A DNA stretch of 64,000 nt, taken from assembly GCA_963718615.1 (NCBI GenBank), contig OY970368.1, positions 416,001 through 480,000 of the forward strand, read 5' to 3'. Positions 40,577 through 52,481 of the stretch are shown piece by piece; position 1 is the stretch's first letter; the number at the start of each line of letters is the position of its first letter. Origin of the DNA: an uncultured cyanobacterium. Lineage in GTDB: Bacteria; Cyanobacteriota; Cyanobacteriia; PCC-9006; JAAUQQ01. A model generated the notes under the pieces. It was not told the DNA's origin and made no database searches. It saw only the letters and a program-made list of their open reading frames with translations. The translations under genes and the position numbers were made by a program.

Positions 40577-42013
40577 ATGAAAGACACCAGCTCGGCCCCG
40601 TGGAGATGTCGATGCCTCCCGCAATCGCTCCTCGAACCCGTGAGTGGATTGGATGGCTATTTGCAGCTTCGCGGCTCCACTGTGGAATGGTTTATCTACT
40701 TTCGGCAGGGGAAGATTGTCTATGCGACAAATTCCGTCGATCCACTAGAGCGGCTGGATCGTTATTTGCTAGGGCTGGGTCATGAGCTGCCCCGGCCTAT
40801 TCCTGAGATCAAAGTACTGGTTCGGTCCTACTTTGAGGATGCTACGGCCCCGAAGTCCCATCTCACGTCCGATTACCGAGCGATTGTGGAACTCGTTCGA
40901 CAAGGCATCTTGGATCGGCTCATGGCGAGCACCTTAGCCAGCAAAATGACGGCGGAAGTGTTTGAAAGCTATTTGCTGCTGCCGGAAGCGGAGTATGGCA
41001 TTCATCACGTCATCATGGCGAATTTGCCGAAGGTTTGCTCCCTCGAACCCAAGCATTTTGTGGAGCGGACTCAGACCCGGCTCAAACTTTGGCGTACGCT
41101 CTTGCCTCGGATTAGCTCGCCCTATCAGCGTCCTTACCTGGCGGGGGAAGCGATCGCCTACCAAAAACTCTCTCCCAAATCAGTCAGTGCGCTAAGCCGG
41201 TTTTTGATGGGGTCCAATTTTCGTCAGCTCGGCCTGCGGCTCAATCAGGATGAACTGGTATTGGCCAAACGTTTACTGCCCCTGATTAACAATGGCGTCG
41301 TGATCCTGCGGGATCCCGTCGCTCCCTTTGACCAGTTGCCCCGTTTTACGGTGCTGACGAAGCCGTCGACTGGTGCGATCGCCCCAAAACCCGAAACGAC
41401 TCCCGAAACGCTTTCTGAAGCAACTCCTGAAGCAACTCCTGAACCAGCGCTTGCCGAGCCAGTCCCCCCCGAACCTGCTCTCCCCGAACCTGCTCCCCAA
41501 GCAGCGCCAGATCTAGCCCCTGGGGTTGCTGTGCCCGAGGATCTCCCTGAAATCGCGGAGGTTACAGGGGGATTAATCAAACGTCCAACCACCTCGTTGG
41601 CCCCGCGACCGGTGCCGGTAACGGGTCACGAACTGGGCGATCGCGCCACCCTAGCCGATGAGATCCAAAAACATCTGGAGGACCAAGCGTTCTCGCTGGC
41701 CTTGATGGACGAGCCCGACGAAACCTTGCTTCGGCTCAGTTCGATGAACCCTGATTTTATTTTGCTAGACGCCACGACACCGGAGGTGGATGGTTACCGG
41801 GTTTGTTCGCTGATCCGCAAATCGCCGATGTTGAAGCATGTGCCCATTGTAATGGTGATGGAGCAGGAAGGATTGATGGAGCGGGCGAAGGCGAAACTGG
41901 CGGGGGCAACGGCCCATTTGCCCAAGTCTTTTTCCCAGGAAGAGCTTGCTCAGCTACTCTCCCGTCACCATGGCAAAACCAAGAAGGATGTGTTGATTTG
42001 CTTACTGCGCTAA
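40577..42013 (+). CDS. PatA-family response regulator (PATAN, Pro-rich linker, receiver)
   Basis: WFIYFRQGKIVYATNSVDPLERL, ISSPYQRPY, PDFILLD...DGYRVC. Confidence 0.85.
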   Translation: MKDTSSAPWRCRCLPQSLLEPVSGLDGYLQLRGSTVEWFIYFRQGKIVYATNSVDPLERLDRYLLGLGHELPRPIPEIKVLVRSYFEDATAPKSHLTSDYRAIVELVRQGILDRLMASTLASKMTAEVFESYLLLPEAEYGIHHVIMANLPKVCSLEPKHFVERTQTRLKLWRTLLPRISSPYQRPYLAGEAIAYQKLSPKSVSALSRFLMGSNFRQLGLRLNQDELVLAKRLLPLINNGVVILRDPVAPFDQLPRFTVLTKPSTGAIAPKPETTPETLSEATPEATPEPALAEPVPPEPALPEPAPQAAPDLAPGVAVPEDLPEIAEVTGGLIKRPTTSLAPRPVPVTGHELGDRATLADEIQKHLEDQAFSLALMDEPDETLLRLSSMNPDFILLDATTPEVDGYRVCSLIRKSPMLKHVPIVMVMEQEGLMERAKAKLAGATAHLPKSFSQEELAQLLSRHHGKTKKDVLICLLR

Positions 42014-42029
42014 AGCACAGGAGGAATTT

Positions 42030-42350
42030 TCAAGTTCTCAGCAGTCGCAACCCGCTGGCCATCGCCCCCACCGCTAAGCCAAATTGCCAAAGGCTGGTGG
42101 GACGCAGCATCACGCCGCCACTGACGACGACTAACACAATCGCAATTCCCATCACCCAGCCCCCGAGATAGCGGATATCCCCTTCTCCCAGAACCACCAT
42201 CAAGATCCCGATGATCAGCGTCAATGAGGCTCCCGCAGCAGAGAAGTCGCGCCACCAGTAAGGCGAAATCCGGGTGGCAAAGATGATGTTTTCACCTAAA
42301 AAATAAAATCCTGACAGGACCAGGGCTATGCCAAGGAGTCGGATGAACAT
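42030..42350 (-). CDS. Small integral membrane protein
   Basis: GFYFLGENIIFAT, four hydrophobic segments, LRPTSLWQF. Confidence 0.7.
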   Translation of the reverse strand: MFIRLLGIALVLSGFYFLGENIIFATRISPYWWRDFSAAGASLTLIIGILMVVLGEGDIRYLGGWVMGIAIVLVVVSGGVMLRPTSLWQFGLAVGAMASGLRLLRT

Positions 42351-42544
42351 AAGCGATCGCCAAACAAGACCTATTCCCAAGGCTACCCACGTTGCCCCTT
42401 CGCTTGACCAAAATTTCCACATAAGTTGCAGTTCTAGGAAAACAGATTTTGCTACTCGGAACATAGAAATCGCGCTTAAATCATAAGGTGGGTCTCTTAA
42501 TCGAGACACCAGCGCTCTATTTTCTGTTTGTGTTCAAGCTTTCC

Positions 42545-44662
42545 ATGATTAACCGTCTTGCTCAGGCTGCCAGCCTCTATCTGCGTAAACATGCTGAAAA
42601 CCCCATTGACTGGTGGCCTTGGTGTGATCAAGCCCTTGCTAAAGCTCAGGCGGAAGATAAACCAATTTTTTTGTCCATCGGTTACTCTAGCTGTCACTGG
42701 TGCACGGTTATGGAGGGTGAGGCGTTTTCGGATGGGGCGATCGCCCAGTTCCTCAACGAGCATTACATCGCCATTAAGGTCGATCGCGAAGAGCGCCCGG
42801 ACCTCGACAGCATTTACATGCAGGCACTTCAAATGATGGTGGGTCAAGGGGGCTGGCCGCTCAATCTTTTTCTAACACCAGAGCAACGGATCCCGTTCTA
42901 CAGCGGCACCTATTTTCCCCTAGAACCGCGCTATGGCCGACCCGGCTTTTTGCAAATTCTTCAGGCGTTGCATCGGCTTTACCACCAGGATAAAGCCAAG
43001 CTCAACACCATTACCCAAGAGCTCAGCGAGGCCCTGCGTCAGGAGGCCAGTTTAGCGCCAGGGACACTCGACCCCACACTACTCCCCCAAGGCTTAGGCG
43101 TCAGTGCGCGGATTATCCAATCTCGTGGTCAAGCGGGTGGTCAAGCGGGCGGGCAAGGGAACCGCTTCCCGATGATGCCCTATGCCCAAGCGGCACTCCA
43201 TAGGCTGCGCTGGCCCGAGGGGGCGGAGCCCGTCCGTCAAGCCTGCAAGCAGCGGGGACTCGATTTAGCCCTGGGGGGAATTTTTGACGCTGTTGCTGGG
43301 GGATTCCATCGCTATACCGTTGACTCCACCTGGACAGTGCCCCATTTTGAAAAGATGCTCTACGACAATGGGCAGATTCTGGAATACCTCGCCCATTTAT
43401 GGCAGGCCGGACTCCAAGAACCGGCCTTTGAACGCGCTATGGACCGAACTGTGGGCTGGCTCCAGCGGGAGATGACGGCTCCCGAGGGCTATTTCTATGC
43501 GGCTCAAGATGCCGATAGTTTTCCGTCGCCCAATGCCCCAGAGCCCGAGGAAGGAGCGTTTTATGTTTGGCGCTATCAAGAGTTAGCCGAGCGGCTTTCT
43601 CCCTCAGAACTTATGGCACTCACCGAGGCTTTTACGGTGACCGAAGCGGGTAATTTCGAGGGGACGAACGTTTTGCAGCGACGGCAGCCAGGGGAACTGA
43701 GTGCGATCGCGGAGGCAGCACTGGATCAATTATTCGTGGCACGCTACGGGCAGCCCTCAACCCAATGCTCAGTTTTTCCACCCGCGCGTAGCAATGCCGC
43801 CGCTTGCCAGGGCCAGTGGCCGGGTCGGATTCCGGCGGTCACGGACACCAAAATGATTGTGGCTTGGAATAGCCTAATGATTTCAGGTTTGGCGCAAGCG
43901 GCGGTCGCTTGGCAACGCCCAGAGATTTGGTATCAGGCCGCGAAGGCGGCGCAGTTTATCATTATCCACCAGTGGGCACCTGTCGCGACTGCGACAACGG
44001 CTCCGGCTAAGCGATTGCATCGGCTGAACTATGAAGGTGAGCCCCAAGTCTTGGCCCAGTCGGAGGACTATGCGCTCTTAATCAAAGCCTTGTTGGATTT
44101 ACAACAGTCTGCCTTAAATCTGTTGATTTCGGCGGAGGAACAGATCCTGGATTGGCAAGCAGAAGCTGTGCGAGTTCAATCCGAATTCGATCAACATCTG
44201 TGGAGTGAGGAAGGTGGTTATTACAATACGGAGAGGCGGGCGGATCTGCTGATTCTAGAGCGTAGTTATGATGATCATGCAACTCCTTCCGCCAATGGTA
44301 TGGCGATCGCCAATTTGGTAAGGTTGTCAGCCTTAACCGGAAAGATGAACTATCTCAACCGAGCCGAACAAGCGCTCAGTGCCTTTAGCACCGTCCTACA
44401 AATCACCCCTCAGCGTTGTCCGAGCCTATTCGTTGCGTGGGATTGGCTGCTCCATTTTGCCCAGGTTCGCGCGGAAGAAGGAGTGCTAGGGGCCTTATCC
44501 TGGGGCTATGGGCCAACGCTGATGCTCCAGGCGATACAGCCTCCTAGCGGCACCGTGGGATTTATTTGCACGGGCCTATCCTGTGGCAATCCCCTAGAGA
44601 CCCTAGAAGATTTACAGACGAGTCTACACCAGACTGATGGTTTGTTTTTGAGCATGAAATGA
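42545..44662 (+). CDS. YyaL/SSP411 thioredoxin-domain protein
   Basis: NRLAQAASLYLRKHAENP, SSCHWCTVME, VPHFEKMLYDN. Confidence 0.92.
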   Translation: MINRLAQAASLYLRKHAENPIDWWPWCDQALAKAQAEDKPIFLSIGYSSCHWCTVMEGEAFSDGAIAQFLNEHYIAIKVDREERPDLDSIYMQALQMMVGQGGWPLNLFLTPEQRIPFYSGTYFPLEPRYGRPGFLQILQALHRLYHQDKAKLNTITQELSEALRQEASLAPGTLDPTLLPQGLGVSARIIQSRGQAGGQAGGQGNRFPMMPYAQAALHRLRWPEGAEPVRQACKQRGLDLALGGIFDAVAGGFHRYTVDSTWTVPHFEKMLYDNGQILEYLAHLWQAGLQEPAFERAMDRTVGWLQREMTAPEGYFYAAQDADSFPSPNAPEPEEGAFYVWRYQELAERLSPSELMALTEAFTVTEAGNFEGTNVLQRRQPGELSAIAEAALDQLFVARYGQPSTQCSVFPPARSNAAACQGQWPGRIPAVTDTKMIVAWNSLMISGLAQAAVAWQRPEIWYQAAKAAQFIIIHQWAPVATATTAPAKRLHRLNYEGEPQVLAQSEDYALLIKALLDLQQSALNLLISAEEQILDWQAEAVRVQSEFDQHLWSEEGGYYNTERRADLLILERSYDDHATPSANGMAIANLVRLSALTGKMNYLNRAEQALSAFSTVLQITPQRCPSLFVAWDWLLHFAQVRAEEGVLGALSWGYGPTLMLQAIQPPSGTVGFICTGLSCGNPLETLEDLQTSLHQTDGLFLSMK

Positions 44663-44858
44663 TTGAGTCGATCTCTGGGTTTATTCTGTTGAGACTGGAG
44701 CCTAAGTGATCTAGTTCATCAAGTCTTGTATCACAAATGCCCTTGAGGCGTTAATTCTCTCCCCATTTCGGGAACAAATGATAGGTAGATCACGGGTCTA
44801 CGTTATCCCTGTTGCGGACCCATCGCCGTTGCATTGTGTGCAAGAGGTTCCCGATGTC

Positions 44859-46178
44859 ATGAGCAATTCTATTTCGATCGATCCTCATCAGTCTGTATCT
44901 GCTGCTCAATCCTTGCAATCTCTGCTAGGTCAAAAGGCAACAGGTGAATTTTTGATTACGGCGGAGCCTGCTGGCGCTGTAAACGCATCCAGCTCAGTCA
45001 ATACGGCTTGTCCCATCACTTGGCTGTTGTACTGCACCCAAGGACAGCTTAATTTTCTAACCAGTGCGGTGCGATCGCGATCGCGTCTGCAATACCTCCT
45101 TCAGCATTATGCGCCCAACCTGACCCTGCCCCAGTGGGAAACCTTTAGTTCAGATTACGATTACATGTGCTCGCTGTTAACAACCCAATCGTTGCCCCGG
45201 CAGCGGGTTCGCCAACTGCTTTCCATGTTTTCCGTAGAGGCGTTGGCCCAAATTCTGACGGCATCTAAGCTGACGATTACACCCTTGAGTGCCGAGGTTC
45301 AGCTTCAGCCGCTGCTGATTGCATTGAATTTTCAAGAGGTGCTTCCTCGGCTTCAGGATTTGCTGCAAGAATGGCGGACGTTGCATCCAGAGGTACCATC
45401 GCTCTTTCACTGCCCTAGGCTGAAACGAGTCGAAGCGTTGCATCAGCTTGTGGCGAAAAATCCAACACAACGATGGTTGCAACAATTGATTGCTCAGGTT
45501 GCTCCAGATCGTTGTTTCTATGAGCTTGCCGCTCGCGATCGCCAAAATGCGATTGAGCTAGCCAAAAAGGTTCAGCCCCTCATCCAGCGTGGTCTGGTTG
45601 AGCTAACACCCCCACCCCCAGCCGATGCCCAACAGGGCACGGTCTCAGCAAACATGCTGCCGACAACCAATTTATCTCCGCCTGAGACAAGTTCTGGGGC
45701 AAGTTCTGGGGCAAGTCCTGGGATCAGTTCTTTCGAAGGTTTTCATAAAATTTCCCTAAGTAACACCAGTCAAGCGCCTGCCAAGTCTTTCAAAATTGCC
45801 TGCGTAGATGACAGTCCTACCATCCTCAAAGAAATCGAAAATTGCTTAAGTGGGGGTGTCGATGAGTTTTCTATTTTCCCGATTGTAAATTCCGTACAGG
45901 CGCTGATGTGGTTGAGACGAATTCAGCCAGACCTAATCTTGATGGATGTGGGCATGCCCGGCGTGAACGGCTATGAACTCTGCCAGCTCATTCGCGGAAA
46001 TAAGCAGTTTGCCGACATTCCCATCATCATGGTGACGGGTAACACGAGTGCGCTCGATCGGGAAAAAGCAATGAAGGTTGGGGCGTCAGATTATCTGACT
46101 AAACCTTTTACGCAAACCGGCTTGCTAGAGATGGTTAAACGTCATTTGAATCTCTCAAATGTTGGCGTTGGCTGTTAG
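44859..46178 (+). CDS. PatA-family response regulator of taxis cluster
   Basis: PATAN-like N-terminus; IACVDDSP, LILMDVGMP, YLTKPF. Confidence 0.88.
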   Translation: MSNSISIDPHQSVSAAQSLQSLLGQKATGEFLITAEPAGAVNASSSVNTACPITWLLYCTQGQLNFLTSAVRSRSRLQYLLQHYAPNLTLPQWETFSSDYDYMCSLLTTQSLPRQRVRQLLSMFSVEALAQILTASKLTITPLSAEVQLQPLLIALNFQEVLPRLQDLLQEWRTLHPEVPSLFHCPRLKRVEALHQLVAKNPTQRWLQQLIAQVAPDRCFYELAARDRQNAIELAKKVQPLIQRGLVELTPPPPADAQQGTVSANMLPTTNLSPPETSSGASSGASPGISSFEGFHKISLSNTSQAPAKSFKIACVDDSPTILKEIENCLSGGVDEFSIFPIVNSVQALMWLRRIQPDLILMDVGMPGVNGYELCQLIRGNKQFADIPIIMVTGNTSALDREKAMKVGASDYLTKPFTQTGLLEMVKRHLNLSNVGVGC

Positions 46179-46222
46179 TTTAGCCTGCGATTGTTGATCA
46201 ATATTCATTCTGGAGAAAAACC

Positions 46223-46591
46223 ATGGCCACTGTTTTAGTCGTTGACGATACCCCTTCTGAACTTCAGCTCATGTGTCACCACTTGCGCCAAGCGGGATAT
46301 TTGGTGATTAGTGCCCAAAGCGCCGATGAAGGATTTACAAAAGCGCTGCAACAGAAACTGGACGCGATCGTGACCGATATTGCCATGCCCGGTAAAAGTG
46401 GGTTTGATCTTTGCCGCAATCTCAAGGCAGAACCCGCAACCCAAAATGTGCCGATTGTGATTTGCTCTAGCAAAAACCAGTCGATTGATAAACTTTGGGC
46501 CAAACGCCAAGGAGCAGCGGCTTATATTACGAAACCGTTTGATGGACAGAATCTCGTGGCTTCGGTGCAGTCTGTGCTAGGGCAAGGCTAA
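46223..46591 (+). CDS. CheY-like response regulator (PilH/PixH-type)
   Basis: VLVVDD, TDIAMP, DKLWAKRQGAAAYITKPF. Confidence 0.92.
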   Translation: MATVLVVDDTPSELQLMCHHLRQAGYLVISAQSADEGFTKALQQKLDAIVTDIAMPGKSGFDLCRNLKAEPATQNVPIVICSSKNQSIDKLWAKRQGAAAYITKPFDGQNLVASVQSVLGQG

Positions 46592-47187
46592 TGGACCAGG
46601 CAACTGTTACCCCCCGACAGGACAGTAATCGGCAAGGCAGTAATCGGCAAGGCAGTCGTCGCCAGGGCAATGCTCGACAGACCTATGTGAACTTCGAGAT
46701 TACGGCGGAGACACCGGCTCTGCTCTCAACGGTCTATGCCAAGGAAGTCGTGGATGTCCCATTTTCCCAAGTGACGGCACTGCCCAATATGCCCGCGCCG
46801 GTTCTGGGGCTGCTCAACCGCCGCAGCCGCGTTATTTGGTTGGTTGATCTGGCACAGTTGCTGGGGTTACCGCCTTTGATGCCCACGACCGAGGTCTATC
46901 GCGTCATTGTGCTCAGCGTTCATGGGGAGGATTCGCAGGCTTCAGCATCATTGTCGTCAGACCTACCCTTGAGTTTGATGGCGATCGCCGTCCCCACCAT
47001 TCGCGGCAGTGTCCGGATCTTGCCCGAGGCCATTCAGCCCCCCTCGGAACATTTATCACCCCTCTTACTGCCCTATCTCGATGGATGTTTATCGATCAAA
47101 CCTCCGCAACCTGAACTTCGCAATGAATTCACCCTCGTTCTCAACGCCAATCGAATCGCCACCTCACCGCTGCTGATTCAAGCTTGA
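46591..47187 (+). CDS. CheW-like protein
   Basis: [24 protein letters not shown]. Confidence 0.88.
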   Translation: MDQATVTPRQDSNRQGSNRQGSRRQGNARQTYVNFEITAETPALLSTVYAKEVVDVPFSQVTALPNMPAPVLGLLNRRSRVIWLVDLAQLLGLPPLMPTTEVYRVIVLSVHGEDSQASASLSSDLPLSLMAIAVPTIRGSVRILPEAIQPPSEHLSPLLLPYLDGCLSIKPPQPELRNEFTLVLNANRIATSPLLIQA

Positions 47188-47218
47188 GTTCATTCTTGTC
47201 CTTTCCCAGAGAATCACC

Positions 47219-49546
47219 ATGCAGACCCAGGATCCCAATGTCCTTCCCTCTTCGCCTGCTGCCGCCCCTGACAATACTGGCTTTGTGAATTTAGGGGAGA
47301 TGGCTGGGGGCACCGTGCCAACCCCCTTGGCCCTAGACTCAACCCTAGATAGTGCTGGAGATCAAGCGGGTATTCGAGCGTTGCTGCGGGGCAATGCGCT
47401 GCAAAACCGCCTGCTGACCACCTTTTTGCCCACGGCGCTGGTTCCCCTCTTGCTCGCGAGTGCGCTGGGGTATGGCATCATTCGCAATCGCAACCAAGTC
47501 ACGGCCAAAGTTCAGCTCCAAAACCAATCGCTCTTGGCCAGTGAAGCCACCCAGGATTTTTTGAACGATGCCTTCAAAACTCCTGCGAGTGTGGCCAGCA
47601 ACCCCAGTATGCTCAACACCTTGCGCGCCAGTGCACAACAGGCGGAAGCGGAGAAGCTGCCGCAAAAGCCCCTAGAGCAACTTGAAGCAGACTTTGCCTC
47701 AACGCGATTGCTCAAGTTGGATCAAACCCTCAATACCACGCTGGATAAATTGGCAAAGGTGGGGGGATTGGCAGAGCTATTTATCACAGAACGCAACGGT
47801 TTGAACGTGGCCTATAGTCAGGCAACCTCTGACTTTGTCCAAAGTGATGAAGACTGGTGGAAAAACGGTAAGGCCCAGGGCCGCTGGATTAGTGACCCGG
47901 AGTTTGACGAATCTAGCCAATCGGTGAACGTCGATTTGGTGCAATCTGTAGTGGATGATCAGGGCCAGTTTTTAGGCGTGATCAAAGCGGGTTTGCCCTT
48001 CAATACCTTTAGCCGCATTGACGAATATCTCAACACTAAGAGTTTTAAAACCTCCGAGCAAATTCAGGTTCTGGATACTGGCGCAACTCAGTTGCTTAAA
48101 ACGGTGACGGTTCAGGGCGCTGGAACGGTGAAAGAGGTGACAGGGGGAGAGGCGATCGCCCAACTCTCCGCCGCCCTTTCCCAACTCAATCCCCAAACGG
48201 TGCCGGATACCACCCAGTTGCAATCCGAATGGGAACGGCAGTATGGCGTACAGGGCTTAACGTTAACAACGCTGGGTTCTGATGACTCGCAATCCGCAAA
48301 GCTCTCGGCAACATTTCGCCAGGGCGATCGCCAATATGCCATGACGCCCATTGTGGGAACAGACTGGGTGGCGATCGCCTCCCTCAAAAACGCAGATATC
48401 AACGCCGCTAGTTCGCAGTTGCTCTTGGTCTTTCTGGGAACAGCGGTAGTTCTGGGGGGCATTGCCGCCTTATTAACCCAGATTTTGGCGAAGCAACTCT
48501 CCTTGCCCCTCACCCAGGAAGTTCAGCGGCAGCAGGAGCAAACCGAAGCGATTCAAATGCAGTTGGTGGAGTTTCTCACCAGCGTTGAAGGCGCGGCCCA
48601 AGGGGACCTAACAGTTCACGCCGAGGTCAGCTCGGGGGATATGGGCACCGTGGCGGATTTCTTCAACCTAATTGTGGACAGTTTGCGGCAGATTCTGATT
48701 CAGGTGAAGCAATCGGCGGGTCAGGTGAACCAATCCGTTTCGGGGAATGAAGCCGCGATTCGCCAATTGGCCGACGAATCCCTCAAGCAAACGGAGGAAA
48801 TCTCGAATACGCTCCAGTCCGTGGAAGCCATGGCCCAATCGATTCAGATGGTGGCGAGTAGTGCTAACCGGGCGGCGGAGGTGTCGCGATCGGCAGCGAC
48901 TACCGCTTCAACCGGGGAAATCGCCATGGATAAAACCGTGGAAACGATTCTGAATCTGCGGGGTACGGTGGCGGAAACTGCGAAGAAGGTGAAACGCTTG
49001 GGCGAGTCGTCCCAACAGATTTCCAAGGTGGTCGCGCTGATTAACCAGATTGCGCTCAAGACCAACCTCCTCGCGGTCAACGCCAGTATTGAGGCGGCAC
49101 GGGCTGGGGAAGAGGGCGAAGGCTTCGCGGTAGTTGCGGAGGAAGTCGGGGCACTGGCGGAACAGTCGGCCACGGCCACCAAGGAAATTGAAAAAATTGT
49201 CGAAGGGATTCAAAAAGAAACCAACGAAGTGGTTGAAGCCATGGAGGTGGGAACGTCTCAGGTGGTTGAAGGCACCCGCTTAGTTGAGGATGCAAAAACC
49301 AGTTTGGTGGAAATCCTCAGCGTTTCCCGCCAAATTAATGAGCTCCTGCAATCGATTTCTGAGGCCACGGTGTCCCAGACCCAAACCTCCGACGAAGTGG
49401 CACAACTCATGCAAAAGATTACTCAGGTTTCGCGGCAAACGTCCGAATCTTCGCGGACGGTGTCGGACAATCTGCAGCAAACCGTGGAAATTGCCCAGGA
49501 TCTTGAAATCGCTGTGGGTCAGTTTAAGGTCGGTACTGAGATCTAA
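47219..49546 (+). CDS. Methyl-accepting chemotaxis protein with Cache sensor
   Basis: Two TM helices, [40 protein letters not shown]. Confidence 0.95.
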   Translation: MQTQDPNVLPSSPAAAPDNTGFVNLGEMAGGTVPTPLALDSTLDSAGDQAGIRALLRGNALQNRLLTTFLPTALVPLLLASALGYGIIRNRNQVTAKVQLQNQSLLASEATQDFLNDAFKTPASVASNPSMLNTLRASAQQAEAEKLPQKPLEQLEADFASTRLLKLDQTLNTTLDKLAKVGGLAELFITERNGLNVAYSQATSDFVQSDEDWWKNGKAQGRWISDPEFDESSQSVNVDLVQSVVDDQGQFLGVIKAGLPFNTFSRIDEYLNTKSFKTSEQIQVLDTGATQLLKTVTVQGAGTVKEVTGGEAIAQLSAALSQLNPQTVPDTTQLQSEWERQYGVQGLTLTTLGSDDSQSAKLSATFRQGDRQYAMTPIVGTDWVAIASLKNADINAASSQLLLVFLGTAVVLGGIAALLTQILAKQLSLPLTQEVQRQQEQTEAIQMQLVEFLTSVEGAAQGDLTVHAEVSSGDMGTVADFFNLIVDSLRQILIQVKQSAGQVNQSVSGNEAAIRQLADESLKQTEEISNTLQSVEAMAQSIQMVASSANRAAEVSRSAATTASTGEIAMDKTVETILNLRGTVAETAKKVKRLGESSQQISKVVALINQIALKTNLLAVNASIEAARAGEEGEGFAVVAEEVGALAEQSATATKEIEKIVEGIQKETNEVVEAMEVGTSQVVEGTRLVEDAKTSLVEILSVSRQINELLQSISEATVSQTQTSDEVAQLMQKITQVSRQTSESSRTVSDNLQQTVEIAQDLEIAVGQFKVGTEI

Positions 49547-49580
49547 TTGGGGGGGTCTAATTTGGGAGGCCTAATTTGGC

Positions 49581-52481
49581 ATGGGACAAGCAACTAGACG
49601 GGAAATGGGGCGGGAAACCGAGCAGGAACTCCGCCTGCAATTTCTGGAAGAAGCCCAAGAATATCTCAATACGATCGAGCGCTTTTTGATGGGCTTGGCA
49701 GCACGCCCGTTGGACTCTGCCCAGGCGGATGGGGCGCTGCGGGCGGCTCACTCGATCAAGGGTGGGTCGGCGCTGATGGGGTTTCAAATCCTCAGTTCGT
49801 TGGCACACCATTTAGAGGATTTTCTCAAAATTCTCAAGGCTCGGCGTCAGACCATCCAGGTGGATGCGCCCCTAGAGAGCCTTTTGCTGGCGGCGTTGGA
49901 TCAGTTGCGCCAGGAGAGCGATCGCCAACGTGCCGGAAAAATCCTCAACGCCGAAGCCCTCAAACCTCAACTCCAGCCGATTTTCGGCGGACTGCGTCGC
50001 CGCCTGGGGACGCTGCAACCGGAGGACGAGAATGCGCTCCTGTCCGAGGCGAGCGGCACAGATGTGGCAGCAACGCTGTTTGAGCAGGAAGTGGGGGGAT
50101 TGCTGGATGATCTGGAGGCAAAGCTACAAACAGGCAATGAAGCGCTGATTGCTGCTGCCCTGACTGAACTGACCCAGGATCTGCAAGAGTTGGGCATCAT
50201 GCTCAAACTCCAGGCCTTTGTGCGGTTGTGTGAAGCCGTGGCAACGCAGGCTCAGAAGACACCAGAGCGGGGATTGGCGATCGCCCAAGCCGCCCTCAAA
50301 GCTTGGCGCAAGGCCCATGCCATGGTGTTGGTGGGGCAAGCGGAGAATATTACGAGTCAGTTGGAGGGCTTTGAGGCAAGGCCAAAGGAAAGGTCAGAGG
50401 CAAGGCCAAAGGAAAGGTTAGAGGCAAGGGCCATGGAAACCCCTGCCGACGCCCCACCGCCCAGCCCGCCAATTCGCGAAAAAACCGTTCGGGTGCCGTT
50501 GCGATTGCTGGATCAACTGAGTGATTTGTTTGGAGAATTACTCATTGAGCGCAATGCTTTGAATTTGCGTCTTGATCGCCTGCAAATCATGTCGGAGATT
50601 TTGCGCGATCGCGTCCAAGAGGTCGAACTATCCAACGATCAACTGCGACGCTTCTACGACCAAGTAGCAACGGAAACGGCCATTACCCTAAGCGGCTATC
50701 CGGTGCGCGGTCACCAGCTCCAAGGCCGCCAGCCAGGGCATCTGCAATGGGGCCAGGGCAGTGCCACCCTCGATCATCACTTCGATATCCTCGAAAAAGA
50801 CCAGTACAGCAATCTGCATCTGCTCTCTCAAGATCAGATGGAAAACGTCGTGCGGTTGCAGGAGGTCAGCACCGATATTGACCTGGGTCTCTCGGAAGCT
50901 CGCCAAGCGGCTCGGAAGGTCAACCAAACCATTAAACAGCTCCAAAACCGGGTTACCCAATCGCGGATGCGGCCCCTTTCGGAACTGGTGAGTCGGTTTC
51001 CCCGTACGATTCGGGAATTGTCGTTGCGCTATGGCAAAACCGTGGAACTAGAGGTGATGGGGGGCACGACGCTGGTGGATCGGGCGATCGTCGAAGCCTT
51101 GGCGGACCCGCTGCTGCATCTGCTGCGCAATGCCTTTGACCACGGCATCGAATCCCCTGAGGCCCGACGGGCAGCGGGTAAGCCAGAGACAGGACGCATT
51201 GAAATTCGCGCCGCCCACCGAGGTCGCCAAACGCTGATCCAAATCCAGGACGATGGGGCAGGGATCAATCTTGAGAAGGTCCGGGCAAGGGCGCTCAAAA
51301 TGGGCATTAGCGAAGCCCAACTGGCGCGATCCAGCGAAGCAGATTTGCTAGACCTGATTTTTGAACCAGGTTTTAGCACCGCTGACCAAGTCACGGATCT
51401 GTCGGGTCGTGGCGTGGGTATGGATGTGGTTCGCACCAATCTCAAGCAGATTCGAGGCGATGTTAAAGTCGAAACCCACGCCGGTCAAGGCACGACGTTT
51501 ACGCTTTCAGTCCCGCTGACTCTCTCGGTGGTGCGAGTGCTGTTGGTGGAGAGCAATGATTTGCTCATGGCCATGCCCACGGATGTGATTGCGGAGATGG
51601 TCCTGCCCCATCCCGAAATGCTGCTCAGTGCTGCGGGACAGACCCTGCTCAACTGGAATGATTTGATGGTGCCGGTGCTCAACTTGGGTGACTGGCTCCC
51701 GTTTAATTGCCCCAAACGAGCTCTGGAAAGTGAACTAGCAACTAAAATCAATACGCCAACCATTTTGCTGATCCATCGGGATAATAGCTGGGTAGGAATT
51801 CAGGTCGATCGCTTCCGGGCAGAACAGGAAGTTGCTATTCGCCCCATTGAGGGGCCGTTGGCATTGCCACCGGGCTGCACGGGCTCGACGATTTTGGGCA
51901 ATGGTCGCGTGGTGCCGATTATGGATCCCATACAACTCCTGGGCTGGATGACGGGCTGTGATCTTCATCCCGCAATGCCGGTGACTGCGAGGGGGAATTC
52001 AAGCTCCAATGGCAGTTCCAATGGCAGCTCCAATGGTAACGGCAATCTTGAGGCGATCGCCCCATTCCCATCCTCTACGACCTCCACGACCTCCACGGCC
52101 TCACCCCCCGTCGTTATGGTGATCGATGATTCGATCAATGTGCGCCGCTTCTTGGCCTTGACGCTCGAAAAGTCAGGCTATCGTGTGGTTCAGGCCCGCG
52201 ATGGTCAAGATGCCGTGGAAAAATTAGCCCAAGGGCTTACCGTTCACGGCATTGTCTGCGACTTAGAAATGCCCCGACTAGATGGCTATGGGGTCCTGAC
52301 CCACGTCCGTGAGCAATCCCAATTCAAGCGGTTGCCGGTCATTATGTTGACCTCTCGGAGCAGCGAGAAGCATCGGCAACTGGCGATGACCCTGGGGGCG
52401 ACGGACTATTTCTCAAAGCCCTATAACGAACAAGCACTACTCAAACGTCTGCGTTCTGCCCTGGAGACTGCAACTCGATGA
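49581..52481 (+). CDS. cheA: CheA-CheY hybrid histidine kinase
   Basis: RAAHSIKG Hpt, HLLRNAFDHGIE, GRGVGMDVV, CheW and receiver domains. Confidence 0.95.
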   Translation: MGQATRREMGRETEQELRLQFLEEAQEYLNTIERFLMGLAARPLDSAQADGALRAAHSIKGGSALMGFQILSSLAHHLEDFLKILKARRQTIQVDAPLESLLLAALDQLRQESDRQRAGKILNAEALKPQLQPIFGGLRRRLGTLQPEDENALLSEASGTDVAATLFEQEVGGLLDDLEAKLQTGNEALIAAALTELTQDLQELGIMLKLQAFVRLCEAVATQAQKTPERGLAIAQAALKAWRKAHAMVLVGQAENITSQLEGFEARPKERSEARPKERLEARAMETPADAPPPSPPIREKTVRVPLRLLDQLSDLFGELLIERNALNLRLDRLQIMSEILRDRVQEVELSNDQLRRFYDQVATETAITLSGYPVRGHQLQGRQPGHLQWGQGSATLDHHFDILEKDQYSNLHLLSQDQMENVVRLQEVSTDIDLGLSEARQAARKVNQTIKQLQNRVTQSRMRPLSELVSRFPRTIRELSLRYGKTVELEVMGGTTLVDRAIVEALADPLLHLLRNAFDHGIESPEARRAAGKPETGRIEIRAAHRGRQTLIQIQDDGAGINLEKVRARALKMGISEAQLARSSEADLLDLIFEPGFSTADQVTDLSGRGVGMDVVRTNLKQIRGDVKVETHAGQGTTFTLSVPLTLSVVRVLLVESNDLLMAMPTDVIAEMVLPHPEMLLSAAGQTLLNWNDLMVPVLNLGDWLPFNCPKRALESELATKINTPTILLIHRDNSWVGIQVDRFRAEQEVAIRPIEGPLALPPGCTGSTILGNGRVVPIMDPIQLLGWMTGCDLHPAMPVTARGNSSSNGSSNGSSNGNGNLEAIAPFPSSTTSTTSTASPPVVMVIDDSINVRRFLALTLEKSGYRVVQARDGQDAVEKLAQGLTVHGIVCDLEMPRLDGYGVLTHVREQSQFKRLPVIMLTSRSSEKHRQLAMTLGATDYFSKPYNEQALLKRLRSALETATR

